Source of the DNA: Hemiscyllium ocellatum
Lineage: Eukaryota
Direction: 5' to 3'
DNA length: 64,000 nucleotides
NCBI RefSeq assembly: GCF_020745735.1
Contig: NC_083428.1
Coordinates: 39,866,001 to 39,930,000 of the forward strand
Of this stretch, positions 48,936 to 61,971 are shown piece after piece; the first letter of the stretch is position 1; every line of letters starts with the position of its first letter. Made by a program: the position numbers and the translations under genes. Below the pieces are notes generated by a model. The model worked only from the letters and a program-made list of their open reading frames with translations, made no database searches and was not told where the DNA came from.

Positions 48936-49262
48936 ATGGACAGTGTCAGACTCTGACTCAGCCTGCACAACTGACTGTGAAACCGGGGAACACGGCCACA
49001 CTGGACTGTAACATTGGAACGGATGATAGCTATACCGTGTACTGGTACAAGCAGACACCAGGATCAGCTCCTCAGTGGATCCTCTATTACCATTACTCGC
49101 TCAGTGCGCCTACCTATGGGTCTGGGTTTAGCAGCGACCGTTTCACATCGACAGTCAACAACGGTCACAACATTTACCAGTTAATCATCAAAAACGTGGA
49201 GGTGAATGATGCCGCCGTGTATTACTGTTACAAGTGGGTTAGCTCGGCCAGTGCTTATGTCT
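48936..49262 (+). CDS. Ig light chain V segment (sigma-like), cluster 2, unrearranged
   Basis: Open frame with conserved Cys/Trp; 9 aa differences from V1. Confidence 0.95.
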
Positions 49263-49290
49263 CACAGTGACAGAAGGTAACACAAAAACT
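49263..49290 (+). other. 12-RSS of V2
   Basis: CACAGTG + 12 nt + ACAAAAACT, identical to V1. Confidence 0.97.
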
Positions 49291-49593
49291 GATATCCGGA
49301 AATAATGTCCTCCTAATATCATTGTATTGGATCAAATACTCTAATATTTAAGATTTCATAAATAACTTTAATGTTCTTGGGTATAATATTTTCCATTTCC
49401 CGTTATTTCATAATTGGTAACTTTCTGAAATCACTGCCCATTACCGAGTGTTGATGACATTTTAATGTCAGTGTGTGGATGTTGTTGTGAGGTTATTCCT
49501 TACTGTCCCACACCATCTGGGACACTGGGAATACATGACCAATGCTGGCACTGGAGTATCTGAAGGTGTTTTCTTTCCAATTCCAGGATCCTG

Positions 49594-49630
49594 GATAACT
49601 GTATGGACTGAACCCTAGAACATCAGTGTG
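49594..49630 (-). other. Altered J2 RSS
   Basis: GATAACTGT + 21 nt + CAGTGTG (alternatively + 23 nt + GTGTGTG ending at 49632); 2 nt shorter than J1-RSS. Confidence 0.6.
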
Positions 49631-49667
49631 TGTGTGTTTGGGCAAGGGACCAAGCTCTTTGTTGCAG
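49631..49667 (+). CDS. Ig light chain J segment, cluster 2
   Basis: CVFGQGTKLFVA + g; GTAAGT donor at 49668. Confidence 0.93.
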
Positions 49668-50385
49668 GTAAGTGGCTGAGAATTCCCTCTGTGGATACTA
49701 ACTGTGTGAATTTAGACACTTGATTGAAACTTAATTATTTCCTCATGCCTGTTTCTTAACCTGAGTGAAAATGTTGGTTGTTTCTCCAGAGTCTAGCAGC
49801 AGAAGCAGAGCAATCACTCTTGGTGCTGCCTGTCTGAGTTTGTGCTGTTTCTGACATTGGCTGTTAGTTCATAGTTTCGTATATAATAATGTTCTTGTTC
49901 ATAAGTGCTTTGATTTGACCAAATCTTTTTTGCTTTTTAGCATGCTGTACATTAGTTAATGTATTTGGTGGTGGCACATATTTAAGAATGTTGTCTAATT
50001 TTTTTTCAAGGCTTTGAAAGTGCAATGTTGGGAACAGAGTTAAATTTAGTTCTGTTGGTTTTGTTTAAAATGTGCAATCAAAAGAAAGAAACTTCATTGG
50101 TATGTTTTTTAAAATTTTCATGCCTCAAAGCATTTCTTGGTGAATTAATTAATTGAAGCTTTGTCATTGCTACTCAACTAAAAAGCAATGTGCTTACACA
50201 AAACCCATTATTAATTTTGCCAAATATCAGAAGCAATCATTCTCCGAAACCAAGCATTGCTAATGCAGTACTCAGTAAAATGCCAGTTTAGTTCCTGAGC
50301 CTGGTCCTGTCTCTCATTTTTAATGCCTATTGATAACTTTGTGTTTTTTTATTTTTGCACTGAACTGGAACCTCTTGTTATCTTC

Positions 50386-53300
50386 TGAAATAAGTCTAGC
50401 AGAGGCCAGTATCCTGTCACAGGTGTATTGTATATGACACTGATCCAGTCTCCTCAGAGCCAGCTTATAGTGAACAGAACCTCTGACACTCCTGGTTGGT
50501 TGTTTGGTTATTTATGTATTTATTTTTGGATTCATCCCCACCCCCAAAGAGCCAGCTCTGAATGACCAGGATGTCTTAACACTTTTTTTTTTACATTTTA
50601 TTAAACCATTCACAGTTTATGAAATAATTAACATTAACAGCTGTATACAAAGAAACAGCAATTTTACAAGGGAGAGGAGTGGCAAAGCCAGGTCCCAAAC
50701 CTGACTGTTCAACCAGTTTACAGGGAAGTGAAGAACTTCAAATCCCAGTTTCAAACCTGCCAAGACAGTAATAATGACATTTGTAAGCACTCCAATTTAT
50801 ACCCATCACCCAGTGTCCCCTGATTGGACCAGATTAACAACAGCATAGCTAAGGAAACTCCTATTCTATGAGGGCCACCTAGCTGACCCCATCACGATCA
50901 TTACATCCATCCCCCTCTCTGTCCGGGGACAGAGGCCTGTTTGTTTTCTCATACCATCTGTAGTGGGGGTTTACCCACCAGGTCCGGTTACTCCGACTCA
51001 GCCTCGGATACACAGCCTGACTCTCACACTCGGAGCGTGTTGGAAGAAATTGCTCCTTTTCTTCAGGTGCTTACGGTGCTGAGGCTGCAACATCCACCGT
51101 GTCTGTCTCTGACTCTGACAGATGGCGGGTCGGAGGGGGTGGGGGTGAAGTTACGGGTTCCTGTAGACTTTCCGGCTGATCTTGGGGACCAGGTATTTGA
51201 CCCTGTCACGTTTTGTGAGTTTGCAGCTTTCATCTGGTCCACATGCTTGTTCAGGACCAGCTCACTGACTTGAACTTTGTACATGACAGGACCTGACCTC
51301 TCATCAGCCATGCCTCTTACTCATGCAGGTCCACTTCCATGATATTGGCACCAAACCTTGACTTCTGAAGTAAACTGTGTCTCTCGCCTGGCATAGTCTT
51401 GTGTCCAGTGTTGATGTTCCTGATGCTGTTTCACTTTCCTGCTCCCCCTTCCCCAGGTCCGGGAGGATAAGCTTTAACCTGGTGTGGAGTCTTCTCCCCA
51501 ATAGCAACTCTGTTGGAGCTATTCCTGTAGCTGCCAGAGGGTGGTCAGATAATCAAATAGGAGCCGGGACAGTTTGGTAATGAGTGAAAGGGGAAGCTGT
51601 GTTTTTAAAGTTTGCCTTAAGTTTGGTCTGGCTTTCCACCAGCCCATTGGACAATGGATGGTAAGCAGCTGACCTGGTGTTCAAGACTTGTCTGTGACCA
51701 AGACTTCCAAAAGTCTGTGTATTACAAAAGATGTTTGCTGCTGCTGATGGTAATTTTTATCCCTGTTGGCACTCTGCACACTGACCCACCAACGTGGCTA
51801 TGCCTGCATCCAATCCTGGCCACCAGACATGACCTCTCATCAACATCTTCATCTTGGACTCCCCTGGATGATCCTGGTGGAGTTCAGTCAGGAACTGATA
51901 GTGTCCTTTGCGTGGGACACTCCCTTCCACTCCCCATAATAAAATGCCATCCTCTACAGTGATCTTGGTCTCACCGTGTCCAGGAAAGTATTCATTTCAG
52001 GCTGTGATGGCCCTTCTGATGTTTCCCCCATCGGCGCCAGCTGTTATAGTTTTGCCAGGACGGGATCTTTTTGTGTCCACATTCCGATATTTGTAGCGGT
52101 GGCCGGAAGGGACTCCGGAAAGTTTAAACCCAGAACGGACTTTACCAGTGGCCTCACTACCATTGGTGTATCTGCTGGTGGGAGGCAGCTCAATGCATCC
52201 GCATTTTCTACTTGGCTTCCCGGACGGTGTTCCCACTTGTAACTGTGTGCACTTCGCCTGAGAGCCCAATGCTGAATTCAACCTGAAGTTCTGGGTGGCA
52301 CTGCCTTCTCCTCTTTGAGTAGCCCCACCAGGGGTTAGTGGTCAGTTTCTATGACAATTTTACATGAGCAAAGGTATTGGTGCAACTTCCCCTCAGGAAA
52401 GATAACTGCTCACTTTCCTTCTTTGTCTGGGTGTATTTGTGTTCTGCATTAGCCGCAGTCCAGGAAGCGCACACGATTGGGCATTCCTCTGCTTTGGGCC
52501 TTGTGACCGGTGCAGACCAGTCCATAAACTGTATGGGTTTGATTATTCCTTCGCTTTCCAGCCTCCTGATGTCTGCCTCTACTTTCCTCTGGAAGGACAG
52601 GCCTTGCAGGATCATGGAATCACTTCCTAGTCAACATGCAAGGTGGTCTTTTGCTCCTGTGATAGTCCCGATCCCTTCCTGAAAAGTGCCTGAGAATTTA
52701 ATTAGGACTTTACTCTGGCTCAACATTTATCCATTAGAAAATGGTTGGCTATGAAGGTGAATCTTTTTCAACCAATTTCCCACCATCAAATGAGACCAGA
52801 ACTGGTTTTACCCTTAACCTGAAAAGGTTCCCCGGTATAGGTTCTCAGTCTAGCCGAGGCCATATGCAAAGTTAAGGGTTGGGGTCCAGAATGAAGTTTG
52901 TTCTAGACTGGTTCTGCAGTCACTGATACAGCCACGCTGGTAGCAACCTCCATTAGAACCTGGTGACCATTCAACCAGACACTTATTTTGATTGTGTGAT
53001 TTGGATGTTGCTCCGCAATTTAACTGTTTCAAGACCAATGCAAGTGGGCGTTCTAGGGTGTACACTGTCCTCAACACCAGACTACAGGTTCCTTTACTCA
53101 CTTCAGGCCTAGTGTGTCTCTGTTGCTGTCTCGGTCCTGCACACCGGCAGCATCTACAATGGCTTGCCAGCCCGGATCCTGGAAAACGTCGACCTGTTTG
53201 GCTGAGGCTTGGCTTTGTTTTAGGGTTTTGCTGTGGTTTGACCTAGAGTCCTCCGATTCAGGATATGTCCTGAGTGAGGCGATACTACAGGCTCAGCCTG

Positions 53301-53693
53301 CCTGGGGAGGGGGTCCATTTCCATCAGCATACCCTGTAACTCTTACACTCCACTTGTCACATTTTCTAATGACACAGCCAGTTGTTGTGCCTGTTCGAAG
53401 TCCAGTTGGGCTTCAGCTAGCAGGCACCTTTGCATGGTTACATCATTAGTCCCAGTCTTGTCGCCATTGAAATCACTTCACAGAGGCCTGTATCACTTCA
53501 GCCTTTATTTACAGCTGCATAGTGCGAGACGCTGATCCGGCTTCCTCCGCGCCAGCTCAGAGTGAACAGAACCTCTGACAGTCCTGTTTGTATCTGTCAG
53601 GCAGGACTCTCTCTGATTAGACCGGATTAACAGCCTCAATAAGGGAACTTGTGCTCTGAGATTCACCTGGCTGACTTCGTTTCAATCACTACA
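50386..53693 (-). mobile_element. Ty3/Gypsy element in J-C intron of cluster 2 (paralog of 20773-24461)
   Basis: Same LTRs; retains an extra RT segment RLESEGIIKPIQFMDWSAPV that is deleted in copy 1; right TSD acttc at 53694-53698. Confidence 0.88.
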
Positions 53694-54806
53694 ACTTCCT
53701 GCTTCAACACTTGCTTTTTCCCCCCCTTTGCCATCAGGCGTGACATCTCCAATCCATCCTCAGCTTTTCTCCTTTCCATTTCTGGGGCAGATGAGCAAAC
53801 CAATGTTTGCTGTAAGCCGACTGAAATTCCTAACTTTCTTAGAGCACTGTCTCCTCTCACTCACACGAGGAACTCTATTTCATTCTTCTCACCTCGATCT
53901 CTGAGGAATCTGACGATGACCATAACGATGCTTCTGCTGTGTCTCCCCTTCTCCTTGAGCAGGGAAGCCCCACCTCTCTCATCACAATCTCTTGCTTTAA
54001 TGTGGCTCCTTTTTAATATAGTAGAAAACTGACCCAGAATGTACATAAAGAATCATCAAACAAAATGTTATTTCAGCACCTAATGAAGTATTACATTAAA
54101 GGCCAAATGGATAGAATTTAAGACCTTACACAAACCATTTTTTCTTCATAGGTGATTTGTCAAGCCGTTGGTTTTCACCTCCTCACATTCTCCCAATACA
54201 TGCTGGAACTCTCCCTCCGCTCCCTTTCCTTCATTGTCATCGTTTGCTCTCATTGCTCCTTGGAGACTTGTTGCTTTGATTTAGGTTTTGCACGTTCTGA
54301 GGCTGGAGCTCAGGTTCTGAGGTGAATTCACGGTGATGTAGGAATGTGGAGTAGGTTAACAGGAATATGGTCGGATAGGTCAGAGCTGTAACTCCCAGGT
54401 GTGGTTCTCCTTTACGCTGACTGTCTGTTCCCCTCAAATCCATGAAGCTCAGTGTCACAGCTCATCACAATAGGTTTTCAGGAAGAAAAGGAATTGCTGG
54501 AAAACTCAGCAGATGTGGCAGCATCTGTAGAGAGAAAGCAGAGTTAGTTTTTCAGGTCCAGTGATGTTCTACAGAAAACAGATTTTGAACTTTGAAAGCA
54601 AAGATCAGAGTCAGGGATCACTGAGATCAACTGCAGTGTCCCTGATACATCACCTGGGATGACCCAACATAGCACAGACCTGTGTACAGCCATTGAGTTG
54701 GAAGTGAATTCCCCACAGTGAATGATGCTCTAATCCACAGGACAAACTGAAATGATGCTGTATCCTTTGCTAACTTTGTTTGCAAACATTGTCTTTTCTC
54801 TTGCAG

Positions 54807-55129
54807 CTCAGCAACTCCCTGACCCTTCAGTAAAACTGCTTGGGCCTTCAGATGAGGAGATGTCCAGGAAAGGAGCCGGCACGTTAGTTTGTCTGGTCAG
54901 TAAACTGTCCATGGGCTTTGCTGCGGTCAGCTGGACAGTGGATGGGAGTCCGACGAGCAGTGAGGTCCAAACCAGCGTGGTGTCCCGTGACCCGGACAAC
55001 AGCTTCAGTCTCAGCAGCTACCTGACCGTCCCTGGCGGTGATTGGAGCAGTGGGAAGGTGTACTCCTGCACAGTGCAACAAGGAACAGCTTCAGAAACAA
55101 CCGCAACAGTCTCACAATCCGGCTGTTAA
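54807..55129 (+). CDS. Ig light chain C exon (sigma-like), cluster 2
   Basis: Intact; differs from C1 at D/E, M/V, S/G and G/E. Confidence 0.96.
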
Positions 55130-55467
55130 ATATTTGGAAGTTTCACATGTGTTTGCTGTCTAATTTAGGCAGAAAATGTCACTGATCTTCCACCCCTTCA
55201 CCATTACCCACCCTCTTCCTCTGGAGTCTGCTGCATTTTGTGTTCCTGTTTTGCTCTGTGTTTGTGCTGTATTATGATTGAAGTGTTTGTACCTGAGGCA
55301 GGTTCTGTTCAGTTTCTCATTTCAAGTTTGTGACCAGTGACTTGGCTCCAGTCAGGAATTTCAGTTCATGTGGGTGCTGTGCTCAACACCCTGTGCTGGA
55401 TTTCATGTGAGTTCATGATCAGCCAACAGCATCAGGCGAGTAAGAATTGTTGCTGAGTGTAATGTTC

Positions 55468-55473
55468 AATAAA
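55468..55473 (+). terminator. Polyadenylation signal of cluster 2
   Basis: AATAAA at the position orthologous to 26850. Confidence 0.7.
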
Positions 55474-57131
55474 AAGAATCTGTGCAGGAAATCCTTCTGT
55501 GTATTTTGTCAACTTGTGTGGTTTATCCTCCTCTCTCGCTACATCTACACAATGTATGACATCTACTCCCCAAGACACTTACAAATTTGGAACGTCATTT
55601 TGAAACTTTTACTGATCCAGAGGGAAAAAAAATAGCAACAAAAATATGGGCATACCATTCCCATGTCCTGACTTGGAAATTATTGCCCTGTTCCTGGAAT
55701 TCCCTTCCACTGAATAGTGAGCTGAACAGCAAATAGCAGTTCAAGAAGGAAGTTCATCGACATATTCTCAAGGGCAGTTAGAGATGTGAAATAAATGCTG
55801 GCCTAGCCTGTGGTGTTCACATGCACCTGAAACAATTTTAAAAAGTTACTGTACTTCCCTTCTGTTCTGATTGGATTTCTTTTTGTCCCAGAAGAGCTTG
55901 GATACGAGACTTGGCTCAGTCCCCTGGAGAGTTGCCACTCTAACATTGAGTTCATATAGAAATAATCTCGGCCATTATAGACCAAGCCGTTTAACAACAG
56001 CAGAAGAAACTTCCAAATGTTATGTGCAAGATGGATTAATGTGCACCTAGAGACAGGGACTTATTAGGATGACCAGAATATTTTCATAAATGTGGAATTC
56101 AGTTGAGAAGTAGAAATGGGCTTTATGAAGAGAAAAGAAATTCAGTCAATGTTTCATATGCAGACTTTCACAAGGGGATTGAGAGAGTGCAACATTCAAG
56201 ACTTGTTCAATTTCGGAATGTGGTGAGATTGAAAGGACACGTTTTGTGGTTAATAGATATTAATTTGTCTGGAGGAACATACAAGCTGTGGTGTTTAGAT
56301 AGGAGTCCAATAAATAGAGAGATGGCAGAGCAACTCAGTCCCATTGAGTTATGTGACATGTAGGAACTCCAGGCCATTTCCTGTGACGTGGACAAGGATT
56401 TTTGTTGAATCCACCCAAACAGACAATTGCAGCCTCCAAGTAATGCAAGTGCAGGAGAGCACTTCCAACAAAGCAACACGGCCTCAGTGTTGTAGTCGAG
56501 CAGCCGCCATGTCTTGGGGCTTGAATCTGAAGTGGGATTTATACCCAGAACTTCAGGATGGAAAAGCAAGTGTCCACTTAACTGAGCTGCAATCCCATGG
56601 TGTTGTTGGACAATCGATGCACAGGAATTGTCATTGGTTCAGTTATATGTTGACATCACTGCAGTCCTTTTTGTTTTGTTATTCCTTTGGGGAGCGTAAC
56701 CAGAGCCAGAACATGGTTCAGTGTACAGGGTTTGTACAGAAGGTTCAAAAGAATTGATGATACATATTGCTATAGTTTGGAAAACAGACAATCTTTTCTT
56801 TGCCCACAGTCCCGACGTAATGATGGTACTTTGTTTGGTGCCAGGGTCAAGAATGCCACTGAGTAGCTGCATTCTGAAAGAGGGTGCGTGAACCAGCAGA
56901 GGTCATGTCCCCTCACAGTATTAATGACCTCAATGATGCAGGACATCATTATAATGAATCAATTTTTTTTTACTGCAGAATTGATTCATTATAATGGAAC
57001 AAAGGAAGAAGATGATACAATGACAACATTTTATGATATCATATAGGTCTTACTTTGCAGAGTTGTCACTTCCATATAAATGATCTTAATAAATAATTTT
57101 AAATGTGAATATAAAATGATTATTAAGGTTT

Positions 57132-57726
57132 GTTGTCGTTCTGTTTGATGAGCTAGGAAGTTGTGTTGCAGAAGTTTCGTCCCCTGTCTAGGTGACATCC
57201 TCAGTGCTTGGGAGCCTTCTGTGAAGCGCTTCTGTAATCTTTCCTCCGGCATTTATAAAGATTTATACCTGCCGCTTCCAGTTGTCAGTTCCAGCTGTCC
57301 GCTGCAGTGGTCGGTATATTGGGTCCAGGTTGATGTGCTTGTTGATTGAATCTGTGGATGAGTGCCATGCCTGTAGGAATTCCCTGGCTGTTCTCTGTTA
57401 CTACTACTATAGGACAAGCCAAACAGAGAACAGCCAGGAATTCCTACGGGCAAGGCACTCATCCACAGATTCAATCAACAAGCACATCAACCTGGACCCA
57501 ATATACCGACCACTGCAGCGGACAGCTGGAACTGACAACCGGAAGCGTCAGGTACAAACCACTATAAATGCCAGAGGAAAGATCACAGAAACGCTTCACA
57601 GGAGGCTCGCAAATACTGAGGATGTCACCTAGACAGGGACGAAACTTCTGCAACACAAATTCCCAGCTCGGCAGACAGAACCACAACAACGAGCACCCGA
57701 GCTACAAATCTCCTCGCAAACTTTGA
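57132..57726. mobile_element. Palindromic Penelope terminal-repeat insertion (copy 2 only)
   Basis: Inverted arms 57132-57399 and 57422-57687; 13-bp TSD attattaaggttt (57119-57131 / 57727-57739); empty site near 29816-29828. Confidence 0.88.
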
Positions 57727-60700
57727 ATTATTAAGGTTTAAATTCATATTAAAACCAGGATAGAAACGAATACAAGACATTCCAGAACATGTCCAAATTG
57801 AGGTACTGAAAAATATCTCATTACAGATTCTTAAACAGATTTTACCAGATCTCATATCTTTATCAGATCTGCTACATTTCATAAAAGTCTTTATGACTCC
57901 AAAGCTTTAGGTGATTCCATTTTGTTGAAAGTTTCATTGCTAACTTGATGTGATCAACTTTCATGGATACGCCTTTGTGCTATCCTGACTTTTTAGGAAG
58001 TTTGACCTGTTTTTGTTCCCAAATGTTCTGATTTCATAAATCTCAGGTATTAACAGACCACATGGAGAATTCCAATGAAGGCTTAACATACCTTGGTTCA
58101 CTAATCATTTAGACCCACTGTGTATTTCTTACAGTTTTTGTGAAATGATTTTTTCTCTTTTAATCTATTATTTTGAATTGCTTTGCTGTCATTACCTCAC
58201 ATTGTGTTCCTGATGAACAGTTATAGCATCACCCGATCTCCTACCATCCTGCACTTCTCCTTTATTTGAAGGTTGGTGACATCACTGGCAAGGCTGGCAT
58301 TTGTTGTCCATCCCCAATTACTCTTGAATTGAATGACTTCCCCATTTAAGAGAGGATTTAGAGTCAGCTATATTGTTGTGTAGTGGAGTCACATGTAGGT
58401 CAGATTAGGTACGGATGGCAGATTTCCTTCCCTAAAGGTCATTGGTGAATCAAAGGCAACAATGTGTGCATGGCTACTATTACTGAGACTTGCTCTCAAA
58501 TCTTGTTTTCTTTAATTCAATTAAAATTCCACCTGTTGCCATGGAATTTGAGCCAATGACCCCAAAGCATAACTCTGAGCCTCTGGATCAGAAGTCCTGT
58601 GACATTACCACAATTCCAGAGATCAAGAAAATGTAGCACTTATCCCATCTGCATTCACCCGACCATGATATCTCCCACCAATGCCCATCGCTATCTCACC
58701 CTGAGCTCCAGGTTGGGCACCAACACTGCCCAGGCCTACAGTATTACAGCCAGACAACCATTCTCCATGTTGGCAGGTGATTGAGCTTCTGGAGAGGCTG
58801 CACCCCAATCCGGCCTTCTCTTTAACTAGCACCCTCCTGTGTACACGCTTTACAACCCGGGGAATGAAGAGTAAAGAGCTGCAGAGATAGAAGCTGAAGT
58901 AAAAACACAGAATGTGGGAGATACCTGTCAATTTGGCAGGACAGTAGCTCCCCTCCCCAGTACCTGCAGGGGACTTGTTCCAAGACCTACAGCGGAAGCC
59001 TGAAATCTTGGATGGAGCGAACCCATTCTTTTCAATGGGAACTGTACCTTCCTGGCAGCTCCTGGTGCCTGGTTCTGGAATATTTGGTGTAATATATTCA
59101 GGTCGCTGTAAACTGTGGGTAACTGAAACCGCAGAAAGTGATTCTGGGGATACAGTGGTCACCCTGTATCTTTGGAAAAAGAAACCTCATGAACGTTTCA
59201 GATCAATGAGACTCTCGACAGAACAGAAAACTTTTCATGACACTGTCTCTCTTCTGGTTATAGTTCCAAAGAACTTTTGTTTCATTCATTCATGGACAAG
59301 GGTATCACTGACTAGGCCAACATTTATTGTCCATAACTATTATCTAGAGGACAAGAATGAGTCAACCACATTGGAGTGGGTGTGGAGTCACATGCAGCCC
59401 AGGCCAGGTAAGGATAGCACTTTCCTTCCCTAAAAGAGATTAATGAACCAGATGGGTCTTCCCAACAATAGTTTCATGGCCATCATTAAACTCTTAATTC
59501 TAGATTTTTTTATCGTTGAATTCAAAACTTCATCATCTGCTGTGACAGAATTTAAACCCGAGTTCCCAGAATATTCCCTGGATTTTTGGATTAACAGTCC
59601 AGCAATAATAACAGTAATCCATCACTTCATCCATGAACTATGGCCCGTTTATAGTTGGCGCAGAAAGAGTTAATAGCTGTCGTGTGAATAACTGGAGTAA
59701 TTTAACATGGTGGCAGAGGACTGAACAACTCTACTGAGGATCTCGTGGACTCTGAACAAGGAGGGAAAGGGAATTGCCACTGGACTTGCACTGCATGCTT
59801 GATTATATTTAAGAACACGTAGACAGCTTGCAGTGGCATGGTGGCTCAGTGGTTAGCACTGCTGTCTCAGAGGGACATGGGTTCGATTCCAGCCTCGGAT
59901 GGTTACTCTTTGGAGGGTGGGTGTGGACTTGTTGGACTGAAAGGCCTGTTCCCACACTCCAAGGATTCTATTAAGAATCCATTAAATATAGAGAGCTCAC
60001 TGAAATCTTTAACTGATATTCCTATCTCAATGGCAGTCTCTCACAGACAGGGAACAGCTGGACATGGATGTCCAGGACTTTACAGCAGTTATTTATTTCT
60101 TTGACGTGTGTCTCTTTCAAACAGAAGTTAAACATGGAGATGTGAGGTCCCTCAGAACACCAATAACTAAGCAGACATGGAAGGTGCAATCAATTCCAAA
60201 GGTTAGCAGGTTAGGTGGATTGGACATGCTAAATTGCTTACAGTGTCCAGGCAATGTGCAGGCTAGATTGATTATCTATGGCAAATGCAGGGTGATAGGG
60301 GAGTGGGAGTGGATTTGGTTGGATGATCTTCGAGGTGTTGCTGTGAAGTCAAAGGGTCCAATGGCCCACTTCCACCCTATAGGGATTCCATGACCTCTGA
60401 ACATCTACCACTCTGCCTTCAAATCTTTGTGGTTACTCCCTCAAAAAACATCTCAAATAAGTTTGTGAGTCTTCAGTGCCAGCATATTGTCGAGTGCCAA
60501 ACCCTTTGTAATATTCAGCTCCTCCAAGTGCTTCTTGGTATCACATGGAGTGAATTAAATTGGCTGAAGACTGGATCAGGGAGCTTGAAGAGGACAAGGT
60601 AGATCATCCATTTAGCACTTCTGACTGAAAATTGTTGTGAATTCTTCAGCACTGCCTTTTGCACTGATGTGCTGGCCTTCCACATTATTGAGGATGGCAT

Positions 60701-60859
60701 ATTTGTGGAGCTTCCTCCTTCAGTGAGTTAGTAAATTGCCCACCACTATCACTCTGACTGGATGGGACAGGATCACTCACTTGCTATTTCTGATGTTTGG
60801 CACGCAAGTTAGTTAATATTTATTCATTCATTGGATGTGGGGTGGCCATTTACTATCCA

Positions 60860-61800
60860 TCCTAACTGCACAGTAGCAATGGCAGATATACAAAGGGATC
60901 TTGAGATGCAAGTCCACAGTTCCCTGAAAGTGGAAATACAAATGGATGAGGTGTAAGTAAAGAAGGTGTAACTGTATGCGTGCCTTCATCAGTCGGTGCA
61001 TTGAGTACAAATCATTGGCAAGCCATGTTGCAGCTGTATATAAAAACTGCAGTTCAGCCAGATTTGGAGTATTTTGCACAGTTCTGATCACCACACCGTA
61101 GGAAGGATGTGAATGTTTTGGAGAGGGTATAACAGGGCTTTACCAAGATATTGACTGGATTGTAGTGTATTAGCTACAAGCAGAGGTTGAACAAACTTGG
61201 AATCTTTTTGCCAGAACATCTGAGGCTGAGGAGCAATCTGACAGGAAGTATATAAAAATAAGAGAGGGATGGCTCAGGTGGATAGTTGGAGTTTGTTTAT
61301 AAGGATGGAAATGTCAAATATTAGGGGCATAGGTTAAAGGTGAAAGATAGAAAGTTTAAAGGAGCTGTGCTGGGAAGATGTCTTTTTTACACTCAGGGGG
61401 TTGTAGATGCCTTGAAAGCATTGCAAGGGGACGTGGTAGAAGCAGATAGTGTCGTGATTGTAATGAGATCAACCAGCTGGACGCTCTGGAATACGATTTC
61501 CCTGATTGGATCAGATTAACAGCCCCAACCATGGAGTCCCTGCTGACACATAAAAAGATGGAGCGTCAGAGATACTGACACCTTGGTACCTGACTATGAA
61601 TGAGGCAGTACTAGGGTCAAGGACCGTTCACCCGTCAATAAGGGAGACTTGGTGATGGGATACTGTCCTCTGTGGTGTCATTACAGATAGGAATGCAACA
61701 TTGAAGAGGCATTTAGACAGACATGAGCAAGCATGAAAAAGAGGGATACAGACCATGTGCTGGCTGAGGAGGTGAGATCAGATTGGAATCACTGTCGGTA
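60860..61800 (+). mobile_element. CR1 LINE 3' fragment interrupted by a solo LTR
   Basis: CR1 C-terminal coding remnants and 3' UTR. Confidence 0.7.
61450..61685 (+). mobile_element. Solo LTR related to the intronic Gypsy LTRs
   Basis: TG...CA termini, 5-bp TSD GATAG (61445-61449 / 61686-61690); similar to 24236-24461. Copy 1 retains only its 3' end (about 34260-34334). Confidence 0.8.
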
Positions 61801-61844
61801 CAGACAGGATGGGCTGAAGAGCCTGTTTCTGTACTGTACCATTT

Positions 61845-61971
61845 CCTGATGAAGGGCTTATGCCCGAAACATCGAATTTCCTATTCCTTGGATGCTGCCT
61901 AACCTGCTGTGCTTTAACCAGCAACACATTTTCAGCTGTGATCTCCAGCATCTGCAGACCTCATTTTTTAC
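61845..61971 (+). mobile_element. 127-bp Penelope-end insertion beginning at a hammerhead-like core
   Basis: 11-bp TSD ctgtaccattt (61834-61844 / 61972-61982); absent in copy 1 near 34470-34490. Confidence 0.85.
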
